DNA of 64,000 bases. It comes from Cetorhinus maximus (Eukaryota). A program made the translations under genes and the position numbers. Each line of letters starts with the position of its first letter. The stretch's first letter is position 1. The stretch covers positions 38,688,001 to 38,752,000 of the forward strand of contig NC_135890.1 in assembly GCF_964194155.1 (NCBI RefSeq), in the 5' to 3' direction. This document shows, one piece after another, positions 39,545 to 52,118 of this stretch. The notes below the pieces were generated by a model. The model did no database searches and was not told the origin of the DNA. It saw only the letters and a program-made list of their open reading frames with translations.

Positions 39545-40375
39545 ATTTTTTTTTGTTCAGTGGATGTGGGCATCATTGGCTGGGCCAGCATTTATTGCCC
39601 ATCATTAATTGCTCTTGAGAAGGTGGTGGTGAGCTGCCTTCATGAACTGCTGCAGTCCCTGTGGTGTAGGTACACCCAGAGTGCTGTGAGGGAGGGAGTT
39701 CAAGGATTTTGACCAAGGGACAGTGAAGGAGATGTGATATATTTCCAAGTCAGGGTGGTGTGTGGCTTGAAGGGGAACTTCCAGGTGATGGTCTTCCCAT
39801 GTATCTGCTGCCCTGGTCCTTCTAGGTGGTAGCAGTTGTGGGTTTGGAAGGTGGTGTCCAAGGAACCTTGGTGAGTTCCTGCAGTGCATCTTGTAGATGG
39901 TACACACTGCTGCCACTGTGTGTTGGTGGTGGAGGGAGTGAATGTTTGTGGAAGGGGTGCCAATCAAGCAAGTTGCTTTGTGCTGGATGGTGTTGGGGCT
40001 GCACTCATCTCATCATGTGGAGAGTATTCCATCATATTCCTGACTTGTGCCTTGTAGATGGTGGACAGGCTTTAGGGAGTCAGGAGGTGAGTTACTTGTC
40101 AAAGGATGCCTAGCCTCTGACCTGCTCTTGTAGGTACAGTATTTATATGGCTAGTCCAGTTCAGTTTCTGGTCAATGGTAACCCCCAGGATGTTGATAAT
40201 GGGAGATTCAGTAATGGTAATGCCATTGAATGTCAAGGGGTGATGGTTAGATTCTCTCTTGTTGGAAATGGTCATTGCCTGGTACTTGTGTGGTGCAAAT
40301 GTTACTTGCCTCTTATCAGCCCAAACCTGGATGTTGTCCAGGTCTTGCTGCATTTGGACAAGGACTGCTTCAAAT
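39545..40375 (-). mobile_element. Family-B LINE 3' half
   Basis: MQQDLDNIQVWADKRQVTFAPHK...ILGVTIDQKLNWTSHIN...KAAHHHLLKSN. Confidence 0.9.
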
Positions 40376-40394
40376 CAGTGTCCTGTGGCTCTCA

Positions 40395-40760
40395 ATTCTT
40401 CCACCAATAGGAATAGTTTCTCCCTATCTACTCTGCCCAGACCCCTCATGGTTTTGAACACCTCTGTCAAATCTCCTCTCAACCTTCCCTAAGGAGAACA
40501 GCCCCAGCTTCTCCCATGTAAATAAATTACTCATCTCTGGGAGCATTCTTGTAAATCTTTTCTGCACCCTCTCCAATGTCTTCACATCCTTCCTAAAGTA
40601 TGGTGCCCAGAATTGGAAACAATACTCGAGTTGAGGTTGAACCAGTGTTTTATAAAGGTTCAATATAACTTTTTTGCTTTTGTACTCATGCCTCTGTTTA
40701 TAAAGCCCAGGATGCAGAGGCCTTATTAACCACATTCTCAACTTGTCCTGCCACCTTCAA
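40395..40760 (-). mobile_element. CR1 LINE fragment
   Basis: LYKTLVQPQLEYCFQFWAPYFRKDVKTLERVQKRFTRM. Confidence 0.88.
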
Positions 40761-41599
40761 CAAATTCTTGATTTACAATTTCAGACTCTGAGAAGTGGCT
40801 ATGAGTGTCTATCTGAAAGCAAAATCTGAATGCCATAATTATTTGCAAGCTACAGAACACTGTCGGGTAGGGAGGACAAGTGCAAGAAGTAGATAAGAAA
40901 AATAAATTAAAATTATCAAAATTGGCATTCTGTACTGCAGTAATATTCTGACTAATTATGGATGTTCCAGTGTAGATGTTCTTTCAATCATATGGGACAA
41001 AGGCCTAACAAAACACTTTATGGAAAAGTACATCGAGTCTGCATAATCAAAACAGATTCATTAATTTTACTCATACAAAAACAAAAAATGCTGGAAAAAC
41101 TCAACAGGTCTGAAAGTATCTGTGGAGAGAAAGACAGAGTTAACGTTTTGAATCTGTATGACACTTCTTCAGAGCTAAAGGGGTTGTTTCAGATTTCCAG
41201 CATCCGCAGTATTTTGCCTTTATCATTAATTTTACTTTTTTCTCATATGCAGAAGGTATAAACCCATGGATGAATTATATGTATAGTTTATACCTTCCAC
41301 ATACAGGGAAGTTATATATATGCTAATATAACGTATTATTGTTTTGCTGGCCATGGAATAAGGGATTGGTGCATGTTCCAAGTGATATTTTAAGTCATCA
41401 ACATAAACCAGCATTTTGAGTGGAGCATATACTACATTTTGTTTTAATCAGAGGCAATTATTTGGATTCTGTAGTTGAAATATAAATGTATACACAAAAC
41501 AAATGTAGGTAAAATGCACAGTTCGCTATACAGTTACAATGTCATCTAGTTACCCAAGTTAACACTTTTTTGAGTGTGCTTGCCTATTTTTATTCCTCT

Positions 41600-42720
41600 T
41601 CCATTACCAAACACATCTTACCCTCCTCTTTTCGCATTCTGTCGGGACCATTCTCTCTTTGACACCTTGGTCCACTCCTCAGTCAGTACCAACAAGTCCT
41701 CCCCTTCCTACAAAGCTATCCCATGTAAGTGAAAGGGATGCAGGACCTGTTCGTTTACTTCATCCCTTCCCACTGTCCACGGCCACATATGTTCCTTCCA
41801 AGTGAAACAGCAATTTATTTGTACTTCTTTCAATTTAGTATATAGTACTCTATATTGAGGAGACCAAATGCAGATTGGATGTCCCCTTTGAAGAACACCT
41901 TAATTCTGTCCGCAAACATGACCCCAAGCTTCCGGACACCTGTCAATTTTTTAAAATTTGTTCATGGGATGAGTGTTGCTGGCAAAGCCAGCATTCATTG
42001 CCCATCCTTAATTATCCTTGAGAAGGTGGTGGTGAGCTGCCTTCTTGAAGCGCTGCAGTCCATTAAGCACACTACTGTTAGGGAGTTCCAGGATATTGAC
42101 CCAGTGATAGTGAAGGACGGCAATATCTTTCCACATGAGGTGTGTGACTTGGAGGAGAGCTTATGGGTGGTGGTGTTCCCATGCGTCTGCTGCCCTTATC
42201 CTTCTAGGTGGTAGGGGTCGCAGGTTTGGAGGTGCTGTAGAAGCAACCTTGGAGTATTGCTGAAGTGCATTGTGTATGATACACACTGTTACCGCTGTGC
42301 ACTGATGGTAGATGGAGGGCACCAATCAAACAGTTTCGACCCCATTCCTGTTGTGATCTTACTGTGTTTGGACTCCTACACAGTTCCAATGAAGCTCAAC
42401 ATAAGCTTGAGGAACAGCATCTCATCTTTCAAATAGGGATTCTACAGCCTTCCGGAGTCAACAATGGGTTTGATAATTTCAAATCATAACCTCTGACCCC
42501 ATTTTTTTCAGATGGGAGATTTTGGTGATAATTCTGCTTTTCACATTTGGGCCTTCTCTAGACCCATTTTATGTTTCTCTGCTTGTCCCATTACCATCGT
42601 CCCTTTGTCATTTAATCTGTCCTGCCTTCCATCCTATCAGAGACCTTCACTTTTGTTTTCCTCCCTCTCAGCAAGAAAACAAGGAAAAGTTTTATCTGAT
42701 ATACATTTACCCGAATATCC
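41600..42720 (+). mobile_element. Degraded Penelope GIY-YIG region interrupted by a family-B LINE (~41945-42330, minus)
   Basis: Homology to 17630-18110 (FTCTSFNLV, KLEEQHLIFQIGILQPSG) on both sides of a family-B 3' fragment. Confidence 0.75.
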
Positions 42721-43279
42721 TTTCCATGACCTTCATATGTGTAATGATTGTCGAAAATCAATGAACCACAGGAATGTTTAACATTTGATATTTCACGAGC
42801 CAAAAAGATGAGAAAGAGCATGCAGGAATGACATGTCCTGAAATAAATATTTAACTATAGTGCTTGAGACTGGCCTGACCTACAGGATGCTGTATTGAGA
42901 GCAAAGCAGATAGAGTTCTGGTGGGGAGGAAGATCTACAGCTTTTCACTCCTGGACACTCATTTACAGCCCCCAAACCAGGAGATGCACAGCAGAAAATC
43001 CCTGCCCTGTATATGGGATGAGGCTGGATTCATCCCTGCGTGGAAGCAACTGGCTGAAATGTGCTACTTTTCCATAATACCATAGCTCAGACTGGTAACC
43101 ACAGGTAGGATTAAAACATAAATCCATTGTAAAGCCATTGTATTTGGAGATCCATCTTATTTCATGAAATAAAATTCCATGGCCTAGATGTTTTGGCTGG
43201 CAGCACTTTAAAATCAAATGTAACCTGTTGAAAACAAATGGGTTACCACCAAAGTTAAAATAACGAGGGGAAATGAAGA

Positions 43280-43650
43280 AAAGACTTGCATTAAATGGCA
43301 CCTTTCAAAACCTCCAGACATCCTGAAACTTTACAGCCAACAAGTACTTCTGAAGTACAATCATTGTTGTAATGTAGGGAAATGTGGCAGCCAATTTGCA
43401 CACAGAAAGGCCCCACAAAGAGCAATGAGATAATGACCCAATAATTGTTTTCTTATGATGTTGGCTGAGGGATAAATGTTGAGCAGGATGCCAGAAGAAC
43501 TGCCATCTCTATTGAATAATGAGGTAGGATCTTTTATGTCCACCTGAGAGGACAGACTGTATAACATCCCACCTGAGAGGCAGCGTCTTCAACAGTGCAG
43601 CAGTCTTTCACTACTGCACAAAAATGCCATCCTAGATATGTGCTCACGTC
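43280..43650 (-). mobile_element. DeuSINE-like element
   Basis: Similar to 11400-11790 (GCAGCCAATTTGCACACAG...GAGGGATAAATGTTG...GTCCACCTGAGAG). Confidence 0.75.
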
Positions 43651-44944
43651 TCGAGAACGTTTCTTGGTTCCACCTGCTTCTCACTATATGTAAGCTTCTA
43701 TATCCTAGTATTACTTTACTAGCTGTATGACCACTTTAAATGACATCCTATGACCATGGCAGAGATAAATTATCCCATCTTGTCCTTCTTGATCTGTCTG
43801 CTGTCTTTGACATGGTTGACCACACCATCTTCCTCCAACGCCTCTCCACTGTTGCCCACCTGGATGGGAGTGCATTTGCCTAGCTCCATTATTATCTATC
43901 TAACCATAGCCAGAGAATCACCTGCAATGGCTTCTCTTCTTGCTCCAGCACAGTTTCTTGTGGTGTCCCCCAGGGAACTATCTTTGACCCTTTCTTATTT
44001 CTCACCTACATGAAGCCCCTCAGTAACATCATTCAAAAACACATCAGTTTCCATATATTTGTAGCATAAAGGGTTAATGTATGATGTAGATGATGATGTA
44101 CTACTGACATCAGTCAGGCATGCATTAGACGAGAGAGAGAGAGAGAGAGGGGTTGGAATCATGCCTAGGAGCAATATGCCTACTCTGTTTATAAACAGTA
44201 CAAATAAACAGGTGTTAAAGAGATACCATAGGAAGTCTACAGTCTATCTATAAACCAAGTACCAAGCCTAAAGTCCAAGATAAAAGGACCATCTCAGAAC
44301 ATGGTGGCAGCAGTGGAGACAATAATATAAAAAACACATTGGTGTTATCAAAGGAACCACAGAGTGAGGAACAGCTTGAAAGCAGCTCGTAACAAATCGA
44401 CGGAAAAAGGAGGCACACTAGACAGAGGTAACAATGACTGTTCTTGGTGAGCAGTCCCAGCCCCTACCCTGCCCATTTGACAGCCTCGAGGGCCTGCAGA
44501 GAGGCCAGCAGAGGGAGATATGGAAATGCCATTTTCTCTGATATCAAGCAGCATCAGACCTTCACAAAAAGGAGAAAAAGCTTCAAGTCACCTCCTTTCT
44601 ATGCTGTAGCTCCAGTAGCAGATGATGTTCTCCTAAGGCAGGGGATGCAGGAGTCCACTGTGGACTTTGAGTCCATTCTTAAAGCCTTTGAAACTTAATT
44701 TAGCCCAAAGCAAAACTTAGTAATTGAACAACATGTTTTAACCAGCAGTCACAATGATTGAGCTATTTCTAACCAACCTGTAATTGCCTAGCTAATTCTT
44801 GTGGATACGGAGCGCTGATGGACAAGCTAATCCATGATCACATAGTTGTGGGTGTCCAGACTTTCTGCAGACCAAAAATGGCCTTACTTTGGATCAAGTG
44901 GTCCAGTATGCAAGGCCGGCTGAGCTTAGATAATTTAATTAGAC

Positions 44945-45854
44945 TATAATTTGGCATTTAAGGAACATATCTTTTTATTTCTGTTGAATTGTGGATTAAA
45001 ATTACAATGGCTGCAGTTTGAAAGACATGTTCACTGGAACAGGATGAGAGATATATACAATGTTGCAGTCCTGGAACAAAGTGTGCCATGAAAGACAGAA
45101 TGGTGCTGGAAAGGAGTCCTGGGCCAAGTGAGCTGCCTGGCAACAAAGTTTTAATTGGCTCCTGACCAAGTGGCCAGATTTTGTGTGAGAGCAGTGCAGC
45201 AAGAATACCTTCTAGCCTGAAATGAACAAGACCTAAAACCTCTTTCTCCTGTGTGTAGAAGTTTCCAGTAATTCCACAATAATAGCTAGCTGGCTTTTTC
45301 TCTTCATATCTCTATAACTTGCTTTCTCTCTGAAAACCCGTCGAGAGGCAAAGGGGAAAATCACTGTTCGAGACATGGAAAGGCAAGTGCTCAACCAGTG
45401 AACTAAATACTGAAAGTGCTGGAAGACCATCTCATGTCATCAACAAGAACTGAAAGGAATTTGGAAGACATTGATCAAAATCAACCCATTGAATCCTGTA
45501 CTCAAGAATTAGTGCTATTGAACAGCTTTATCCCACCCTTAAAATCTATGCTTTTGTGTGTCTTATGTGTCTTGTATGTGTGTGTTTAGGAATTTAAGAA
45601 GGAGTAGAGTTTAGGCTATAGGGATAGAAATTAACAGTTCACATTTCTTTCTTTTACCACTGGTTAATGACAGTTTGTTCAATAAACAGTTACTTACTTA
45701 TTAAGTTTACAAACCTGGTGCTTGTATTCTGTTAACCTAAATTAAACAGTTAGGTAGAATTGGGACAATCTGGTGGTTTGATCAAACTTTTGTCGCTGCT
45801 CGGGGAACAGTGAGGCTTGAAATTGCAGCGCGCTATCCCCAGTGAGTTGTGACA
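44945..45854 (+). mobile_element. Probable solo LTR nested in Gypsy gag
   Basis: ~910 bp non-coding block between gag relics, with AATAAA at ~45681, ending GTTGTGACA, and AGAC at both junctions. The 5' TG is decayed. Confidence 0.5.
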
Positions 45855-46744
45855 GACACGACTCCAAGGTTTCACATCACTCCGTTGACTGGGTAGGCCC
45901 ACGGGCAGCAGCCACACCCTCCAGAAGGCCCGCCGAAACAGGCGAAAGGGTGGGAAACTCCACACTGGCAGCCATTTTGAGATGCTTGCATTGTGGCGTG
46001 AAAACCCAGTATAGTGCCAGGACTGTATAGCAGGGGACGTGTAATGTTTCCATTGCAGCAAAACTGGACAGTTCAAGTGTTTCTGTAAATCGAACAGTTT
46101 TAATCGTGGTAGAAGAAAAGAAAGTATTTATGAGACATATTCCATCCAAGAAATGGAAAGTCAAGAAAAAGGCAAAATTTCAGTGTTCCGAGAGGAAGTT
46201 GATTGTCTTAATCCAGAATACTGCTCAGCCATTGTGCAAGTTCAAGGCTTCAATACCACCTTTAAAATTGATACTGGGGATACTGTTAACATATCAGCAG
46301 GTGATCTTGACTGGCTTCAGCCAATGACCCTTCATCCATCAGACATCGAATTACAAGGTCCAGGAGGCATAGACCTTCCAATCAAAGGCAGGATCATTGC
46401 TCCTCTTAGCTACAAGGGGGCGACAGATTGTTAATTCCCTCTATGTTCTTCACAATCAACGCACATCCTAATTGAGTGGCAATGTTGGCATACTTGAGGC
46501 ATCCTAGAAAAAAATAGATGATGCCCACCATTTGAACAATTCACTGTCTTTCATGCAATAATGTTCAAACTTTTATTTAGAAGCTGAGGAAGTTTACTCA
46601 GTAGTAAGTTCCATTTTCACAGAGACACCATCCACCAGACCCCCAGTGGAGAACGAAGTTATGAATCTCTCAGTTCTTTATGAAGTAAGAGGTGGTGGAT
46701 ACAGAAGGCACTGCAGCAGATAGTGACCATCGCTGCTGGACTTT

Positions 46745-47085
46745 TTAATTTATTCATTCGATGTGGGTATCACAGGCTAGGCTAGCATTTTATTGTCCAT
46801 CCCTAATTGCCCTTGCTCAGAGGGCATTTGAGAGTCAACCACATTGCTATGTGGTCTGGAGTCAAATGAAGGTCAGACCAGGTAAGAATGCCCTTCCCTA
46901 AAGGGCATTAGATGGGTTTTTACAACAATCAACAATGGCTTCATGGTCATCATTAGACTTTTAATTCCAGATTTTTTATTGAATTCAAATTCTACCAACT
47001 GCTGTGGTAGGATTCGAACCCAGGCAGTACCCTGGGTCTCTTGGTTACCAGTCTGGCAACAATACCACTACGCCATCGCCTTCCC
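46745..47085 (-). mobile_element. tRNA-derived SINE with family-B LINE tail
   Basis: Minus-strand head TGGCGTAGTGG (A box)...GGTTCGAATCC (B box); 3' tail AAGGGCAATTAGGGATGG...GAATGAATAAA. Partial second copy at 61165-61330. Confidence 0.85.
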
Positions 47086-47779
47086 TGAATTGGCTCTTTC
47101 TAGAAAGTGATGAGGAAGAGGTCCTTGCAGCACTGAGTAATCTGTTGGAGGTAGAGGTCCAAGAGGATGATTCGTCTTTCCAGTTGATGGACGCACCTTA
47201 TGAAGTCTCTATTGTCTTTTTAGAGGAATCAGCTGTGTTTCTAATGGCAGAGCAGCATTTAGATCTTTTTTCCACTGAACCTACCAATATATCACCTAGC
47301 CTATTTCCTGTTCTCCATGAAGAATATTCCAGAGAGGATGCTTGCCTGTGTCCATGTCAGAGTCCATAGTGAACCCACTGCTAAAGAGCTGGTACCTTCC
47401 AGGAGTGAAAGTCAAATGACACCCATACTTCAGTCCCAGCTGAAAGTCTTCTTCCCTCCAGAAGCTGCGGCAGGATATTTAGCATTTCTGAAGCTGCAGA
47501 ATCCTGTCCAGCAATCTTGTCTCTGAGTTAATCGTCTACAGGAAAGGCCTCTTATTACAGAAGATGAGGCTGTCTTGTCTCCATATCCTCAGCAGTTCTT
47601 CACATTTCATGGTTGAGCAACCTCACACAGAGTGAAGTGTGACTCTCTTACCACAGCCTACAGAAAATAGATAGTCCTCCTGAAATATCTTCGGGAAATC
47701 ATCTCTTTTTATTTTCCTGACAGTCTTGCAAGAATTTGGTTGTTCTTTCCTTTATCATATAAATTCATTGAGGTCCCGG

Positions 47780-47970
47780 ATTTTCAATGCATCACAGGTA
47801 CATTTTTCATGGCAACGCCTCTACCAATCAGAGTCCACTTGCCAACTAATCAGCGCTCTCTTCTCATACAGTATAAATCGTCGTTTTGCCCCTATATTGG
47901 TATTCTTGTGAAGTGTCTTGATGAGTATAAGATGAGAAGCTTTGACATGTCTCTTTTTCAGCAATACCCT
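47780..47970 (+). mobile_element. Non-autonomous Penelope-like pLTR repeat, second family, with decayed hammerhead motif (47914-47947)
   Basis: Closely matches 61475-61640 (ATGGCAACGCCTCTACCAATCAGAGTCCACTTGCC...TATAAAT...). Confidence 0.65.
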
Positions 47971-48809
47971 AGTTCTGTACGACCAAATGAAAAATTGGAG
48001 TTGAGTAGAATCTGTAGTTGTAAAAAGAGAGTTACAGAAATGCAATGTAAATAATTAGTTAAAGACATAGTTTCATGTTGCTGTTAAAGATTGGATAGTA
48101 TACTTGGGGGCGAGATGTATGTTAACAGATGGGATGTGCAAATGTATGATGTTGACAATGATTTATATCAGTTAGTCATGTGTTAGACTCTCTCTCTTGA
48201 GAAATAGAGAGAGAGAAAGAGAGAGGCTGGAACACCATGCCTAGGAGCAACATGCCTATTCTGTAACCTGTTTAGAAGTAGTACGAGTAAGCAAGTGTTA
48301 AGCAGATACCAGAGTATATCTACAGCCTGTCTACAAACCAATTACCATGCCTAGAGTCCAAGATGGAAGGACCATCTCAGAACAATATACAGTGATGACA
48401 CCCAGCTCTACCTCACCACCACTTCTCTTGATCTCCTACACTATCTTTAAATTCTGAGACTGCTTGTTTAGCATCCAGTAGTGGATAAGCAGAAATTTCC
48501 TCTGATTAAATATTGGGAAGACTGAAGCTATTGGTCAGAATCATCCCAGATTTGCACTAAGTGTGATAGCGGGCAGGAAAAAGGCTGCTTTACCCACCGG
48601 CCGCAATGGCAGCTTTTCACACCGTATCATCCCAATCCCGCCTCATTAATAATGCATTCCCAGGAAACACGCCGTTTCAATGGCGGGTGAGCTCTCATTC
48701 GCCCACCACGCCATCACCTCGCTGCTTCATCACGCCGGGCGCCATATTTAAAGTGCAGCTGCGCGAACATCTCTCAGTGCTTCCAGGCAAGGACTGCTGC
48801 AAAGAGGAC

Positions 48810-50150
48810 ATGGCCCCAAAAGGCAAGAAGACTGCAGCCCCTTGATTCAGTGAGGCATCCCTCGAGCACCTTTTGGATGCAGTGGAGGCCTGCTGTGATG
48901 TCCTCTACCCCTATCTGGCCACGAGAGGGGCAGCAACATCACCAATCCAGCATGGGAGGCGGCAGCACCAGTGGTCAGTGCCAATGCCCTACAAAAGAGG
49001 ACAGCCATCCATTGGTGAAAAAGGATGAATGATCACCCTTCTCACCACTCTCATCTCACACACTCACAAACTCATCACAAATCCACAGGGATCTCACTCA
49101 CTACCAGTTCAAGGGACATCACTCTCTCACACACACCTTCATTGTCCTCATCCCATCCATGGGACTACTCATCACCCACACATGCCAGGCATACTTATCA
49201 TCTGGCCTGGCAGGCGCCCTGCTTACACTTTCTCCATCCCTGTTCATGCAGGACAAGCTGGTACACACAACAGGGAGAGGTCACAGACTGGTGGGGGAAT
49301 GCCTGAAATCAAGGCATTCAATATAGCGATCCAGCTGGCCAGCCACGATCTGGACCAGTCTTGTGCTGACAGTGAGGTTGGCAGTGATCTACCAAGTGAG
49401 GGTCCAGCAGTGCAACATCCATCAGACAACCATACTGTGAGTGATGTGTCCTGTTTCACAGGCCACTGCCATGCACTAATTATCTCTCCTTGCTTTCACA
49501 GGCACATCTGCCAACCAGCCGACAGGGTCCATGACCCAGGGTCTCCAATTAAACTCCGAAGAAATCTCTGAAGAGGAATCTGAAGGCATCTTCATTGAAG
49601 ACCCATCATAGCGCTCAACCACACCCTCCATCAGTGCAGAGGCACACACTTCAGTGGGACCTAGCTATAGAGTAGCCTCAGGATCACAATCTGGTGAACA
49701 TGTTGCACTGTCTGATCGGCAGCAGGTGGCAGCAGGGACTGCCCAGGTCTCTAGCATTCAGAGGACTGCTGGAGGCCAGAAATTTGCTGAGTCCAAGTCA
49801 GATGATGGGCTTCTGGACTCAGTTATGTCTCAGTTGCTGGATCTGCAAAGGCAAGCTTGGGAACATCAGGAAGAGATGTCCGCTGTACTCCTCAGATTGC
49901 AAGGCATGATGGAGGAGTCTGAATCCCCTCTTCTTGTGACCTCAGCAGCTCCAGCTCCACAGGCTAAGGAGGGTGCCACTGCCACACAGCAGGACCCCGA
50001 AAGCAGGCTAAGACCCTCCAGGTCTCAGCCTTCCAGAGGACACCTGCCAAGGTCATCGCAGACAGGGCATAGCTGATAGCAGGCTGCCTCCACCTCCACT
50101 GTGGGAGCACCAAGATATATTGGCAGCATTAAGAAGGTTAAGAAGATGTA
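48810..50150 (+). pseudogene. Harbinger Myb/SANT-like (NAIF1-type) DNA-binding gene, intron-containing, disrupted
   Basis: MAPKGKKTAAP*FSEASLEHLLDAVEA...PAWEA...KRMND; acceptors catgcag|GACAAGCTG (~49252, continuing to ERSQTGGG) and tttcacag (~49501); TATA-like ATATTTAAA at ~48744. Confidence 0.72.
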
Positions 50151-50954
50151 AGTCTTTTGTTACAAACCAAATAAACTAAATTAAGAAGATGTAGTTGCAC
50201 AGCCTGGACACGGGTATCAATCACTTGTACATAATGTTCACTATTGTAAATAAACTCCCAAAAATGTCTCGCTGCCTATGGCTCCTTGTTATGATGAGCA
50301 GTGTTCATGTCACTCAGATGTGAAACCTTGGTTCCTGCACAAGATAAAGGCAGGTGTCTCAGTCCAGGAGCTCTTTCCTGTGCTTTGTGCAGCCTTCAAA
50401 CCAAAGTGATGGCTAGCCTCACACTCACTGGACATATTACTGATGCCTGTATCTCGATGGTGATTGTCATTGCTGCCAGAATGTTGTGGGCAGGCATCAC
50501 AGAGTTCTTTCATTCTCTCTGTGTGCTCTCAGCACCTTTAAGGTGGGGCTGGCCCCCAGCTCATCAAGATCTGTGACCAGTGACGCTGTGCTTCTGAAGG
50601 GGTCAGGTGCTGAAGGCTAACAAAGGATCAGGTACATTTAAAGTTTCACGACTGCGTCTCCATAATATGACCCTGGTCACAGAGCACAAGCGAGCTGCTC
50701 TCGGCTAGACAGGAGTCAGACATTCTTAGAGGCTATGTGAAGATTTATGGAGTGTCCTGACTGCATGTCATCATCATTTTCCTGGAATCGAACAACTGTT
50801 AGGGCCTCTGCTGCATCTCAATGGCAGGAGCATTCTCACAGAGGGTGTATGCGCTGCCAATAGCCAGACTGGAGTCAAACATTCACAGATGCAATGTGAC
50901 GATCTATGGTGTTTCCTCACTGCATGTTGTCACCATCCTCCATGAATCTAGCAG

Positions 50955-52118
50955 CTATGAGGGCCTCCCGAGCGCACCTGCCTTGTCTGGCCAGTGTGAT
51001 GGCCACATTGCCGTCATCGTCATCTTTGAGGACCTCCTCACCCTCATCCCCAGCTCCTCCTCAGTCAGCTCCTCTCCCTGTTGGAGCACCAGGCTGTAAA
51101 GGGCGCAGCAGGTAACGATGATGCGTGACACCCTCTGTGGACTATATTGCATGGCTCAACTGATCAGTCCAGGCACTGGAACCTTATTTTCAGTATCCTG
51201 ATGGTCTGTTCCACCAAGTTGCGAGTTGCAGCATGAGTCTCGTTATACCTTCACTCTGCTGCAGTCTGAGGCCGCCGCACGACTGTCATCAGCCACATCC
51301 TCTGCGGGTAGACCCAAGGAGCCATCCCTGCAGCTTTTGTGGATCCTGGAAGATGTCAGGGGTCTGAGGCTGAATGAGAATGTAGGAGTCATAAACGCTC
51401 CCTGCAAACCGAGCACAGACCTGTGAGATGTGTTTGTGGTGGTTGCACACCAGCTGCACATTCAGCGAATGGAAGCCCTTTCGGTTGACATAGTTGATCG
51501 CTTGTTGCAACTGAGATCTAAGTGCCACCTGAGCGCAGTCAATGGCACCCTGCACCTTGGGAAACCCGAGATCTGGGCAAATCCTGTTGCTCTTGCATCT
51601 TGTCTCTCCTGGTCCCAGGCGAAATGCACAAAGTCGTGTGTCCTCACAAAGATGACATCCGTGATCTCATGGATGTATTTGTGGGTGGCAGCTTGTGATA
51701 TCCAACAGAGGTCACCTGTGGAACCCTGAAAGGAGCCACTGGCATAAAAATTGAGTGCTGCTGTCACCTTCACAGCCACTGACAGTGGATGCCCTCCAAG
51801 TCCCTGTGGCGCCAAATCCTGCAGCAGCTGGCAGATGTGACTGACCAGTTTCCTAGACATGCGCGGACTTCAGAGACGCTGGTTTTCAGTCATCTACAGA
51901 AATGAAAGGCGGCGTCTATAGACCCTGGGTCTAGCTCGCTGCCGACCAACAACAATTCGCTGTGGCTCTTCAGTGGTGTGTGCAGGAGCCCCAGCCGCCC
52001 CTTCTTTCTGAGGGTGCTGCTCCTCCCTCTGCCCAGCCAGACACCTCCATTGCTTTCTTCTCCTTCGTCTCCGCTCTCTGTAAGCCATGAGGCATACAGC
52101 TAGTTCACCAGGCTCCAT
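50955..52118 (-). pseudogene. Harbinger (HARBI1-like) DDE transposase, frameshifted
   Basis: KVTAALNFYASGSFQG..GD, GFP.VQGAIDC, YVNRKGFHSLNVQLVC, GSVYDSYIL, YNETHAATRNLVEQTI.ILK.RF, IIVTCCALYSL. Confidence 0.9.

Larger units (their letters stand above)
44060..48384 (+). mobile_element. Gypsy/Ty3 LTR retrotransposon relic (LTRs 44060-44301 and 48116-48384)
   Basis: Both LTRs are TG...CA and end GGACCATCTCAGAACA. PBS TGGTGGCAGCAGTGG (tRNA-Leu type) at 44302; PPT GGGGGCGAGA before 48116; gag relic (YAVAPVADDVL..., CFHCSKTG knuckle); protease FKIDTG at ~46260; flanks ATATT/ATATA. RT and integrase not seen. Confidence 0.85.

Noticed and set aside
47000-47085. tRNA gene
   Set aside because: The A/B boxes belong to a SINE head that continues into a SINE body and LINE-derived tail.
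50955-52118. Host HARBI1 gene
   Set aside because: Multiple stops and frameshifts, and enclosure by TIRs/TSD, indicate a transposon copy.
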